A DNA stretch of 64,000 nt from Octopus vulgaris (GCA_951406725.2 OX597816.1:26970001-27034000); one strand, 5' to 3'; counted from the stretch's first letter, positions 13,066-25,724 are shown. The notes: generated by a model from the sequence alone, not told the origin. Program-made: numbers and translations.

Positions 13066-13350
13066 GGTGGAGGCACATGGCTTAGTGGTTAGAGCAGCAG
13101 ACTCGCGGTCAAGGGATCACGGTTCAAATCTCAGACCAGGCGATGTGTGTGTTTATGAGCGAAACACCTAAGCTTCACGCAGCTCCGGCAGAAGGTAATG
13201 GCGAACTTCTGCTGACTCTTTCGCCACAACTTTGTCTCACTCTTTCCTCCTGCATCTTGCAGCTCACCTGCGATGGACTGGCGTCCCGTCCAGGTGAGGA
13301 ACCTATACGCCAAGGAAACCAGCCCTTATGAGCCTGGCATGGCTCGAAAA
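13066..13350 (+). mobile_element. tRNA-derived SINE family C
   Basis: TGGCTTAGTGGTTAG A box, GGTTCAAATC B box; related to 60-345. Confidence 0.8.
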
Positions 13351-14344
13351 GGAACAAAAAAAAAATACATACATGATGGGCTTCTTTCAGCCTCCATATA
13401 CCAAATACACACACATGGCTTGGTCAGCTCAGGGCTATTGTTGAAGACCCTTGCACAAGGTACACACAGTGATAATGAGTCCAAAACCACACAGCCATGA
13501 CTGCATCTGTATATATTTATATATGTGTGTATGGACAAAGGACTGGGACATCTGTCACTTTGCTATGATCAAGAAAGCCCATTCACCACAGTAGAATTGA
13601 TACGAGTGCTGGTGTCACATAAATGGTAGCCAGTACACTCTGTGGAGTGGTTGGCATTAGGAAGGGCATACAACTGTAGAAACTATGTCAGAACTGACAA
13701 TGGAGCCTGGTGCAACCCCTGGACTTACCAGCTCCAGTCAAACCATTGAAAATGGACATTAAATGATGATGATGATGATGATGATGTGTGTGTGTACACA
13801 CACACATTAATATACAGATATACATAGATGTGTGTTACAGCTTCTTAATGACTACCTTTATGTTTGGGAAAATTTTTCCAAGATCTTCCGTAATATGCAT
13901 ATTGCCAATCAGTATGGTCCTTTATCATCCCCCTCCCTAAGATGTAACATCTTCAGGACAGTATTTTTCAATTTTTCCTATGTCTTCCTTGATCACCCTT
14001 TTCCACAGGTTTCACTAAGTTGGAGCACACAGTACTTCCTTATTCACTAATCATTTGCTGTACATCTCACATGATCATACAAGTACAGTCTTTTTCTCTT
14101 GTATGTTATACTTGATTCCTCTTATGCCTGGTCTTTTCTCTCAGTTCATATGTACTCAGCACACTAACATTACTCATCCATTGAAGCATGCTTCATTTCT
14201 TTCTTGCCTTTTAAAATCTTCTACATTCAAGGTTCAGGTTTCACAACTATACAGCATCATATTTCAAATACAAACATCATACATTCTGCCTTTCACTTTG
14301 AGGGAGAAGACCTAAACTTTTATTGAATCAACTACAGAAATACA

Positions 14345-15955
14345 TAATCTCCAATGTTGTTCCAGTGTCCTAATATGGATTTAGATCTAGCATAGGCACC
14401 ACAGATATGATCAGTTGCCAGAGAAGCACATAAAATAAAGACTTTTACCACATTCTGTTGATTTAGCAAAAATTGTTGGTATGGTGGATAGAAATATACT
14501 GTGGAGAATTTTAGGAAGTTGGGGTGACCGTTTAAGTTTGTTGATTTGTTTGTGCAACTGTACACCGCTACAAAGGCCTATTTGAACTTAAATAGTGCTC
14601 TGTTGGAACTGATTCCAATGGAGAACAACATTAAATAGTGTAACATATAACTATTCTCCAAATATAGTTGTAATTGTTCATGCATTTAAGTATTGTGATT
14701 TCAGCATTTTTGATGGCTATCATTTAACAGACAAACTAACTTTAACCTGAATCATTTCAAAACTAAATCAAACATTTGTTGTATGCTGGTGATTGTGTTC
14801 TTGTGGACTGCTTGAAACAAAATATTCAAAAAATAATGACCCAGTTCTCCAGTGCCTGTACTGGTTTTAGACAAAGTCTGAATGACTAAGATGATGTTTA
14901 TATGTGTTCCAGGAGAGACTTATTTGGAACCAAATATACTTGTCCAAGGGATCAGACCTTGATGTAGTGAATTCTGTCCTTTGGAATGGATCTTTAGATA
15001 CCAAAATCAAGTTGAGGATTGAGAATACTTCAACTGCATTTGGAACACTGGTCAGATTTTAAACTTTCCATTAAGTCTTGCATATTTAACACTAGTGTCA
15101 TGACATCTCTGCTGTATCATCTGTATCAACCACATTAAAATACTGGAGAGATTTCACTTAAAGTGTCTGAGGTATATACCAGTTGGAAATCTTTTACACT
15201 TGATACAGAAGAGTTGAAATAGGTTGACTGCTTAGTATGGAAGTTCACCTCATCAAGTTTTCATATCTGATGGGCTGATTACATGTCTGGATGAATTCAT
15301 GCTTCTGAAAGCAATTACTTTATAGAGAATTAGTTTTTGGAAAGCATTTCCAGCACAGGACTTTTTCAATCTCAGTTATAGATTAAAAAAAATTTTTTTA
15401 ACAGTTTGTAAAAAATCTGTGACTGAGATTGAAAAGATCCCCAGCCCAAATCAAGACAAAAGTTTTGTGATGGTTAAAATGCAGTAGCCTTAAGTCCTTG
15501 AACATCAGCATGGTTCATTGGAACATCTTGCACTGAACAAAAATGAAAGGCAGTCTATAATGAGGAATGATAGCAAACAGTTTGAGAAATTTCAAATAAC
15601 CCATCAAATAGTTGAAACATAACACCTAAAAACTGGATCTAGTGATAATTTTGCTTGTGCAATAAGTGGCTGCATTAGGCTTTCAAAAGTGGGGCCTGTC
15701 ATCCATGCAAGATTGCATACTAGGGGACCAGCCTGTATTGCTTATATGCATACAGTGCCAAACGGAGCACTGTCCAAACATATGCTTATCAACTGCTTCA
15801 GTGAAAATCCATTTTGGACAAACACACAGAGGCAGAGCTGCTGGTGGTGTGATTCTTGGTCAAATTATGTGATACATCTGTCAGAAATATTTAAAACAAA
15901 ATCGAGGTTAAGCAACCATATTGGGGCCCGTGGTGAAAATGCTATACAAAAATAG
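14345..15955 (+). mobile_element. Highly degenerate RTE (BovB-like) LINE ORF2
   Basis: Frameshifted GFRSSIGTTDMI, VDLAK..DRNILWRILG, LYAGDCVLV (~14780) and C-terminal C2H2-like remnants (KTKSRLSNH). Confidence 0.7.
15358..15440. mobile_element. 83-bp Merlin-like mini-MITE
   Basis: GGA...TCC termini, TIR CTTTTTCAATCTCAGT / ACTGAGATTGAAAAG, 8-bp TSD CCAGCACA/CCAGCCCA. Confidence 0.65.
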
Positions 15956-16258
15956 TAAATTTAACTATTTCTCAGTAGACTGAAAAATTGAAGAATAGCC
16001 TTAACCAAGTGTCAAAACCTTAGTGTGTTTTTATCAGAAGTTCCTACATATTTGACCAATTCCAACAAAGAAGCCGATTTATTCATATTCAAGAATTAAG
16101 GTAGCTGTAGAGAACCGGACGACTAATTTGCATATCATTAGTGTTTAAAACTTTATTTAATATCAACCGCCTGTCGACGGGGATGTACGTGTATGTACGT
16201 TCATATTTATACTGTCTATGTGTAATTTATAAAATTTTCACTGCGAGCCACTTCTATC

Positions 16259-16671
16259 GGATCTTTTCGGTTTGAACGGCAGTTTTTTCTAGTGGTGTCA
16301 TATGAAATTGTCACCCATAATTATGACCCTAGTATCGATCTATTGCATTTCAATCTGTTTTAGAGTTAGGGTTAGGGGTGGGGGGAAGGGTATCTTTTTT
16401 TTTTCACAAATGTAAATAAACCCAATCTGTTTCTTAAACGAGGGACATATTCATATGGTACAGAATGTTTTTTTTACCTCAATACACGTAATTGATTGGT
16501 TGAAATTGCAGAAACTGAAGAAAAACTAAACAACAAATATCTTACAAACCATAGAATTTTCTCAATAAAGCCAAGAGAAAAGGATATTTTATAAACACAT
16601 TCTAACAAGTTTAAAATTTTTTAGTTACCTAGAAATTATGTTAAAAACTGCCGTTCAAACCGAAAAGATCC
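16259..16671. mobile_element. Merlin-like MITE with internal TTAGGG repeats
   Basis: TIR GGATCTTTTCGGTTTGAACGGCAGTTTT; exact 8-bp TSD CTTCTATC. Confidence 0.85.
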
Positions 16672-17453
16672 CTTCTATCACAATACGATTTGAAAATTTT
16701 GTGCTAGTGCTTTAATGGAAATGGTCTGACAAACATAGACTCGTTTGTTAATCTGTAATTTTACCCTTGTTTATTATGGTGGAGTTGAATTATGAGACTG
16801 AGTAGAAATAGGAATAATACCAACTTCTGGCCAGTTCTAATGCAGAACTAAGCAAACTGAAGAATAAAATTCAGCAACAGTTAACTGTCTAGGCGAAAAG
16901 AAAATCATTATCTTCATTAGAAACTATAAATATAATGACCTTGAGAATAAGCAGCAGTAAAGTCTACTTGATCCTACTTAGCAACACGTAAAGCTTAGAG
17001 TCGTCCCAGCAAGGTAGGATGATGCTGAACGTATCATATAGCAACTGAACGAGTATAGAATAGTATAGAGTTACTTCCCTTGTCATTCATAATTTCGGTT
17101 TCGCACCTGACTACCACCACGTTGGGCAGTTTACTATAAATATCTAATCTTATACAAAACAGGGAAATCTTTTTTGTTTTATACTTGCCAGACTTTATAT
17201 ATTAAGCTAAAGATCATTATTATATCTGATCAAAGCTAGTGTAATCACATGTAACAACATTCAAATACAGAAATAAATATTAAAATACGCTGTTTAAAAC
17301 AAAGTTACAAAAAAATTACAAGCGAAAACACTTTTACTGCTGAACGTGTAAGATAAAAGAATGTATTTAAGAAAATGACTAATCACGATTTGATAATACC
17401 ACATTGTGCACATATTTATAACCTCTCCCACTCTCAGCTATATATAAACTCAC

Positions 17454-17624
17454 CTTTGACTGGGAAGATGCATTCTTGGAATCTCTTGTTTTGCAGTCAG
17501 CGTCTTGGTTTTCTCTATTTTTCGTTGTATGTATTGTATCAAAAAACCTGGAGATTGTTACCTGCTTCTCATTTGTCCCTTTCTGTTTAGGGTTCAACTT
17601 TTTACTTAATGCCGGCTGTGGCAT
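17454..17624 (-). CDS. MSH3: First coding exon of a PCNA-binding DNA repair protein, probably MSH3 (MutS homolog 3); further exons not identified in the window
   Basis: ATG in AAACAATG context; 57 codons MPQPALSKKLNPKQKGTNEKQVTISRFF...SQSK; phase-0 donor AAG|GTGAGT (plus strand actcac 17448-17453). PIP box QVTISRFF at aa 21-28 matches MSH3 (human QAVLSRFF aa 21-28; yeast QPTISRFF). No MutS domain is visible, so the gene name rests on this motif. Confidence 0.6.
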
Positions 17625-17639
17625 TGTTTATCACCTTGT

Positions 17640-17760
17640 AATACGCCGGTGTTATCTTTCTAGCTCCTATTCAGAAATTACATGGTTAGCGCCATTTCTC
17701 ATGGTAAGTATGCCGGGAAAATCAACTTCCGCTTCATAAATAGTAGCTTTATTATGCACC
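17640..17760 (-). promoter_or_regulatory. Housekeeping/cell-cycle-type promoter and 5'UTR of the PIP-box gene
   Basis: Minus strand shows GCGGAAGT (ETS-like, 17725-17732), TTTTCCCGGC (E2F-like, 17712-17721) and AAATGGCG (YY1-like, 17690-17697) within ~110 bp of the ATG; locally CpG-rich. Confidence 0.5.
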
Positions 17761-18020
17761 CCTTAAACTCGATAAATCGTTGACTAATATAAACAGATTC
17801 AGAGTCAAATATAATTTGTAAATGAAGATTTATTTACGAAACTTAACATTTGGAATTATTGTGGTAGAGCTAGAATCAAGTTCCCGGTGAGCTGAGTTAG
17901 CAGCCGATTTCAATTCCTGGGCGAAGCTCTATTCATTTTATTTTCCTTTTTAATTCAGCTTTTTTCTTTTTCTTTTCTTTTTTTTTGCGAGAAGACATCC
18001 CGCAGATTGAATTTAATAAA

Positions 18021-18418
18021 GGCGCAGGAGTGGCTGTGTGGTAAGTAGCTTGCTACCCAACCACATGGTTCCGGGTTCAATCCCACTGCGTGGCATCTTG
18101 GGCACGTGTCTTCTGCTATAGCCCCGGGCCGACCAAAGCCTTGTGAGTGGATTTGGTAGACGGAAACTGAAAGAAGCCTGTCGTATATATGTATATGTAT
18201 ATATATGTATGTGTGTTTTTGTCTCTGTGTTTGTCCCCTTAGCATTGCTTGACAACCGATGCTGGTGTGTTTACGTCCCCGTCACTTAGCGGTTCGGCAA
18301 AAGAGACCGATAGAATAAGTACTGGGCTTACAAAGAAAAAGTCCCGGGGTCGATTTGCTCGACTAAAGGCGGTGCTCCAGCATGGCCGCAGTCAAATGGC
18401 TGAAACAAGTAAAAGAGT
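18021..18418 (+). mobile_element. SINE family A, full length
   Basis: Head GGCGCAGGAGTGGCTGTGTGG through tail GTAAAAGAGT. Confidence 0.92.
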
Positions 18419-18479
18419 ATATAACACGTATGTATTTGATACATATATGATACAAAACCACATTAAAATACAAATGCAA

Positions 18480-21230
18480 ATATGAGTGAAGAAAATAGAA
18501 GAAAAAGCATCAATTCAACGCTAAGTGCTTCGATTGGTCGCACACCACAAGGTCCAATGGAACTTACTGAAGCAAGCCAACATGCTCGCGGCATTACGAC
18601 TGTTAGGCTAAGGCGTTGGAACAGCCAAGCACCCTCATGGGGATCACCTGACACCTCGGGAAGGCGTGCTGCCAACGATGACAAGAACTTCGCTGATAGT
18701 GGCCCAGCTCCTTCAAACATCTCAAACACTTCAGGTTGGAAGAAGTGGTTCACCGACAAGTCCTGATACTTAAGGATTTTGTCCCGTTTGACTACGGAAG
18801 CAATGACCCTCCCATTTACCGCAGCATCTAGAATGTGTGTGGGGGGGGAGCAAAAGAGTTATAGATTGTGACGTCCCAGATGAGACACTTACCTTTTACC
18901 CAGGGACAAAGGGTAAGACCTTCTGGTCTCTTCCCGTCACTTCTGGATAATCCCGCCAACTCCAGAAATCGCGGGTATCAACCCGTGTCAAGGCCCGCTT
19001 AATGAATAAATTTAGATCAAAGTAAAGAGCAAAACAATCAGCAAACCATGAAGGCCTGTGGAGTCGAGGGGCCCATTACTGTAACATCTCAGTTCCCCAC
19101 AGACGTCAGCTCCTTCTCTGAGTGCAATGGAGATGCAGAGCTCATCCATGTAGGCCACCAATGTTGACCACAGGCAGGGTATCAACCCAGTCTCCCGAGA
19201 ATTTCGCATTTGCGGAAAGTAGGCGACACCTTGAAAGTTGATCAGATTGATGAAAGGGAGAGTTGAGTGCAGATTGTCCCATACTCTCTGCTTCTGTCTA
19301 TCCTCAGCTGTATCAGGAATTGAGAAACCCAGAGCTTTATCCATCTCCCAGTTGAAAAGGGGAGGATATTGCCTACCAAAGGGGAGCAAGCGTAGATGGA
19401 GGAAAGAAAACAGGGAGGTGACAGAGACAAGCACTTGCGCAAACATAGACCGCCACCCGCCACCAAAGACCGTTCGGCCAAAGGGGCCAGGTCGCAGGAC
19501 TCTGTAAGGTCTGATATTGACTAAGCATTTGAATTTCCTGAAGATTAGGTCGTCAAATCATTAGAGAGACGGCAAGAATTTATAAGTCAAACTAACTCTG
19601 AGAAAATATAAAAACTTCGGAATCGACAAATAATTTGTAAGTATAAAAAAAACAACTTGATGTGGTTTTATTGCTTGAAGGTTTTTTAGTAGTTGCTCAA
19701 GGTTGGTCATCTTGGATCGAAAGTTAGGTCAGTAATTGGGGCTCCAAGAGAGTGCCACACTGATGAGAGGAACTGCGATAGAAAGGACAGAATCGCAAAC
19801 AGGTTTACAGTCTGCTAATACAAAGTTGGATGGCTGAGGTGCCAGAGCTCGCATTTGGGACTGCTGACGTTAAGGCGCTACGACCAAGTTCCTCAATCAT
19901 CGTCCTCGGAATAACAAGGATCTTATCAGAAAGGCCTCCCCACCCAAACAAGCATCGTCAAGGTACCAGACATTCAAGTCCAACTCAGCCCCCATCTTGA
20001 TAACGTCATCGATACCCAGTACAAATAGAGCCGTGTCTGAGCGGGCCACATTATTGGACTTCAGAGGCAGATGGGATGAAATGGTCACCAAAGAGAGTTA
20101 GGAGGGCTCCTGATAAGTTTGTCAAGCAAAGTGGTAGAGCCGTGAGGAATTCTCCCTTACTATACGGAGGATGATATCCCAACTGATGGAATTAAAGGCA
20201 TTCCTGAAATCTAGTTTGAGGATGACCTTTGGGGTCTCTGGAAGCAACTTGGTAAATGTTCTTGTGGCGTGAGCGGCAGCTTCACAACTTAGCTTGATAC
20301 AATCCCTAGCTGAATAGGGGAAAATTCGGCGGACAGGCAATTTGAAACCGAGGACGGATACACTTTCTCTGTGAGCCGTCGCAGAGTACACCCAACTGCT
20401 ATCGGGCGAAGGTCACCATTGGGTTTTATGAGACCAAACAGTTTAGCTCCAAAGAACAGGAGCCGAATGTGAGGAAGGACACTCTCAAAGAGAACATATT
20501 GACGAACTGGGTTAGGTTCTCCAAGAGTTCTAGACCGGCATAACCAGTTGACAAGGGAGATACCTATTTCTTTATTACCCACAAGGGGCTAAACATAGAG
20601 GGGACAAACAAGGACAGACATAGGTATTAAGTCGATTATATCGACCCCAGTGCGTAACTGGTACTTAGTTTATCGACCCCCGAAAGGATGAAAGGTAAAG
20701 TCGACCTCGGCGGAATTTGAACTCACAACGTAACGGCATACGGAATACTGCTAAGCATTTCGCCCGACGTGCTAACGTTTCTGCCAGCTCTCCGCCTTGA
20801 CAAGGGAGATACCGTCTTTGAGATACTGAGGTCGAGGACGATCAATTCCAACGCCAGAACCAGCAGTTGCCTTCCTGGCATTGTTGAAATCGAAAAGAGG
20901 TTGTTAAAAACCTTGTGGGTCGGGCCAGTGTAGGTAGTCATTCGGACAAGCTGGAGGGTGTTTCTCCTTCAATCGATTGAGGGAATCTGTTGTGCACTGG
21001 GCAAGGAAGGACAGAAGGGAGATGTCAAATTCACTGAATTTGACATTAATGCCTCCTTTACGTTTGTTGAACCACCGTTGTTCGGAGCTGTGTTGAGATG
21101 GACAGTGGTTGGAGTGAACTGGAACGACTCGAACTGTCGTTTTAGGGAAGGTGTGAGAGATCTAGAGTTCGCGTTTTACTTTCTTATGGAGGAAACCGTT
21201 CATATAGTCAAAACTCATTTCCCCTAACAT
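18480..21230 (-). mobile_element. Degenerate CRE-clade non-LTR retrotransposon (RT plus restriction-like endonuclease)
   Basis: KPNGDLRPIAVGCTLRRL, LKLDFRNAFNSI, WYLDD (19954-19968), [19 protein letters not shown] (~18870-18935), WLFQRLSL; many frameshifts. Confidence 0.8.
20565..20796 (-). mobile_element. SINE family B nested in the CRE element
   Basis: 17-bp TSD TTGACAAGGGAGATACC at 20548-20564 and 20797-20813. Confidence 0.92.
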
Positions 21231-21819
21231 TTATTTAATATACAGCACATTTATGCTAAGAAAAAAACCCCCTATATTTAAAAAAAAAATCATATATGAC
21301 GGAGAGGAACATCTGGTCGTTGTTATTAAGTATACACACAGGCAAATACTTATGATAACTTATATACCAAACATTAAAATGCGATACCTTATATGATTAT
21401 AATTTTTCGGACTGTTAATTTCATCTCTAGAGATGGACAAATTTTAATACTTGCATACTTTTTCAACTCTTTTTTCCCCCGACCCCTCCTGAAACACCGA
21501 AATCTCTCCACAGCATCATCCCCCAACAACACTGGACTTTTCGGTTTGAACCTACCTCTTCTAGATTTTATTAACAATTTCTGCTCAAACGTAGTTTTTC
21601 ATACAATTACGAAAATCACAACCATTTTTTTTCTTTAAGAAATTAATAATATAGAAGTTATGAAAAGTTATAAAAAGGGAACTTTCTTTTTGTAATTTTA
21701 GCCAGTCAGATTTACCCTACCCAACAAACGATGTTATTTGTATGTTTTCAAAGCAACCAACTGAAACTATTTGAGGGTTTAGGATAAAGGTTCAGAGTTA
21801 GGGTTTGCGGGTTTATTTT

Positions 21820-22246
21820 CTCTTTCTCTCTTTTCTCTTTTACTTGTTTCAGTCATTTGACTGCAGCCATGCTGGAGCACCGCCTTTAATCGAGCAACTC
21901 GACCCTGGGACTTATTCTTTTGTAAGTCTAGTACTTATTCTATCGGTCTCTTTTGCCGAACCGCTAAGTAACGGGGTCACAGACACACCAGCATTGGTTG
22001 TCAAGCAATGCTAGAGGGACAAGCACAGACACACAAACATATACACACACATACATATATATATATATATGTATATATATACATATATACGACGGGCTTC
22101 TTTCAGTTTCCATCTACCAAATCCACTCACAAGGCTTTGGTCGGCCCGAGGCTATAGTAGAAGACACTTGCCCAAGGTGCCACGCAGTGGGACTGAACCC
22201 GGAACCATGTGGTTGGTAAACAAGCTACTTACCACACAGCCACACT
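21820..22246 (-). mobile_element. SINE family A inserted in an inverted-repeat element
   Basis: Family A body; it interrupts the left arm of the 21795/22610 inverted repeat. Confidence 0.9.
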
Positions 22247-23182
22247 CATTAAATATTTTTACATCTTTAAAGGTTTTTGTCATGGTTTCACCTTCTAATT
22301 GCCAGTGATTTAACCTGTATCCAGGGAATGGTTGATAATGATGGTGATAATCGATGCTAGTTCATTAATAGATTCCTTTTTCTCATGTCGTCACTGTAAT
22401 GCCTTAAATATAGGTGAAAGTGGTCGCCGATTGGATGATCAGTTCCTAAACATCTCAATGTATGATGCAATAACGTCACGAGCATTCTAATATCTGTGGT
22501 TCATCACTTTTATTTTTTTGGCCACTCCTGTAGTAAACCTCATGCAGGCATGACGTGGATTTAAAGATGTAAAAATATTTAATGAAAATAAACCCGCAAA
22601 CCCTAACCCTGTACCTCGATAGCCAAATTTCACTTAACAGTTCAACAGCACTTTTCTCGCGGTAAAACAATAGTTTTTCTGTGAGTGACAGCAGTTACAT
22701 TTGCCAGATGCCTTCGCTAAGCAGAATAATGTCTTTGCCACTTTACCCTTCTAACCGCTTCTAGTCCACCAAAAGCTAGAATAAAGATAACAGACCTCCA
22801 ACGGAATCTGCTGTTCTCAACAATATGCTTATCCTGGTTGGTTTTGGATAGTTATAAAATCAAGAACTCCGTGGGCCAAAGTCAGAGCGACTGACAGAGA
22901 GGTGGCTAACGGCTCAAGCGAAATGCTGTCTCGACTTAGGTAACTTCACAGATTGACAACTATGGAATTAACCAACGTAGTATCTGTCTCGTCCCACACT
23001 CTCCCGCTTTCATTAGCTCAATTTCTTTTCTCTTCAACATTACCATATCTCTCTCTATATACTACTATGAGATCGTGTTGACACATATACAGGCCGAAAT
23101 TACCTTTTTTTATTTGCATGCTTTACGAAGTGTGTTACACTATTACACAAGCCTGCCCATTGTGGTATGGTATAGCTGGTTA

Positions 23183-23417
23183 AGGCGGCGAGCTGGCAGA
23201 ATCGTTAGCACGCAGGGCGAAATGCTTAGCGGTATTTCGTCTGCGGCTACGTTCTGAGTTCAAATCCTGCCGAGGTCGACTTTGCCTTTCATCCTTTCGG
23301 GGTCGATTAAATAAGCACCAGTTATGCACTGGGGTCGATGTAATCGACTTAATCCATTTGTCTGTCCTTGTTTGTCCCCTCTATGTTTAGCCCCTTGTGG
23401 GCACTAAAGAAATAGGT
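23183..23417 (+). mobile_element. SINE family B
   Basis: GGCGGCGAGCTGGCAGAATCG...AAAGAAATAGG. Confidence 0.9.
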
Positions 23418-23655
23418 ATATATTAAAGTAACGGTAAATAAATATCTCTTTACAACTTTAATCACTGTTCTTCCTTCATCTTACAAATGGCAAACAACGA
23501 ATAACAACCGTTGCACTCCCTTCATCTTCCACCTCTCCGTTTTTGCAGTTCCCAAATTCCATGGTCTGAAGACGACCTAACAGATTAGAGAACAACAGTA
23601 CTACTCATTTTCCAACTGGAATATTTTGCTTTCAGTAGTATGAACGACGAACAAG

Positions 23656-23870
23656 GTGCAGGAGTGGCTGTGTGGTAAGTAGCTTGCTTACCAACCACAT
23701 GGTTCCGGGTTCAGTCTCACTGCGTGGCACCTTGGGCAAGTGTCTTCTACTATAGCCTCGGGCCGACCAAAGCCTTGAATAGGTCCTGGGGTCGATTTGC
23801 TCGACTAAAGGCGGTGCTCCAGCATGGCCACAATCAAAAGACTGAAACGAGTAAAAGAGTAAAAGAGTAA
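23656..23870 (+). mobile_element. SINE family A, internally deleted
   Basis: Head joined directly to the 3' block. Confidence 0.85.
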
Positions 23871-24082
23871 ATCATTTTCACTAATACCTGTACCTCATCC
23901 CTTTCTTTTCACTTCTTTACTCTTCGTGCATTTCTTTGCCTTATACGTTGATCCATAAGAAAGATACACACCTGTGTGTCCAACACTAATTAACTCACCT
24001 TATACTCTGTCGTCCTAGTACTAGCCTGCCAGTACATCAACAGCTTTACACCCCCATCACCTCTTTTCCTCACACCCTATTA

Positions 24083-24316
24083 CAGTAATCCCTCACCATA
24101 TCACGGTTCACTTATCGCGCACTGAGGACATCGCTGTTCACCTATCGCGCACTCCGTACATCACGGATTTTTCTGGCTAATATATGTGAATTTATATCGC
24201 GGACCCCTCAGTATATCCGGGTTTCTGCGGCCGATAGATATTTATATTTTTTAGATTTTAATTATTTCTGTGGGAGGTTTTGGAGCGTAACACCCACGAT
24301 AGTCGAGGGATCACTG
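24083..24316. mobile_element. Tigger/pogo-like MITE
   Basis: TA TSD; TIR CAGTAATCCCTC / GAGGGATCACTG; similar end at 51068. Confidence 0.75.
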
Positions 24317-24832
24317 TACTTCTTTCATTCACTGCGATTTTTTCCTCGGCGTTTTCCTGTTTCTCTGAAATCACGTATTTACTCCACCTAACGTTACCTG
24401 AATACATTAATACTGTGGTGTGCGGGCGATTCGAATATAAAGGCACCTACCTTCTCTTCCTCGTGATGGAGACCCTTCAGTGGTAACTAATCCTTCGACA
24501 CAGCCCCGACCCGAACACTAAAGATAGCAGCTGCTCACCCAAACCTTAGCGACGTCCTCACACGTCTTGACACCTCGACGACCCACGTTGGAAAGGCCGA
24601 ATTCACCGCTGCCTACACACGCCTGACGGTTTCCCCTTCCGGTTGCCCCAGCTTCCGGTCATCGCACCCAGTTGCTGACGTCATCCCACAAATACCTCTA
24701 CATTTTGTCAAAGAGTTGCCACCGAAACATCAGGCTTTTACCATTTGTTACGGTAACCGAACTTATAGACATCTAGCAGACTCTCTTTTGGATTCACGAT
24801 AGACTTAATCTGTTTAGTTTAACACCCTCACC

Positions 24833-25724
24833 GGACCTTTACCTTTTGACCGACAGATTTAAAAAAAAATTAGGCGGCGAGCTGGCAGAATCGTTAGCAC
24901 GCCGGGCGAAACGCTTAGCAGTATTTCATCTGCCGTTACGTTGTGAGTTCAAATTCCGCCGAGGTCGACTTTGCCTTTCATCCTTTCGGGGTCGATAAAT
25001 TAAGTACCAGTTACGCGCTGGGGTCGATCTAATCGACTTAATACCTATGTCTGTCCTTGTTTGTCTCCTCTATGTGGGTAGTAAAGAAATAGGTTTAAAA
25101 AATAATTTTTTGTATCTAAACAGTTTCAAACTTCGGACACTGGTAGAATGTGTCATATAAAATATCTTTTACTCTTAGCATTTTTGAGAAAAGCTTATAT
25201 TTACGAAGTTATTCCAAGTTAAAGTTGTCGTATTTCGGTAATTTCAACCAGTCAATGACGTCTATTCAGTTGAATAAAATTACTGCTGTTATTTGTCAAC
25301 AACAACTATTGGAGGTGTATTTTTCGTTTGTCACTGTTATTTATGACATCGTTCGTGCATTTGTACTGGTTTTAGCTTTAAGATTTTAGGGTTAGGCTTA
25401 GGATTAGGGTTTTCGGGTTAGGGTTAAGGTTTTAGGGTTTGAGTTGTCATAAATAACTGTGACAAACGAAATATGCACCGCCGGAAGTCCTTGTTGACAA
25501 ACAACAGCAGTAATTTTATTCAGCTGAATACACGTCATTGATTAGTTAAAATTACCGAAATACGACAACTTTAACGTAAAATAACTTCGTACATATAAGC
25601 TTTTCTCAAAAACGCTATGAATAAAAGATATTTCATATGACACATTGTACCAGTATACGAAGTTTGAAAGTGTTTAGTTACAAAAAATTATTTTCTAAAT
25701 CTGTAGGTCAAAAGGTAAAGATCC
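24833..25724. mobile_element. Palindromic Merlin-like MITE with telomere-like centre and nested family-B SINE (24873-25093)
   Basis: GGACCTTTACCTTTTGACC / GGTCAAAAGGTAAAGATCC termini; TSD CCCTCACC/CCCTCATC; arms ~25100-25350 and ~25445-25700. Confidence 0.8.

Noticed and set aside
18021-18090. tRNA genes
   Set aside because: All A/B-box matches are SINE heads running into SINE bodies; 43660-43679 is a primer-binding site, not a gene.
25386-25440. Chromosome end or fusion scar
   Set aside because: TTAGGG runs are short and internal to TSD-flanked MITEs.
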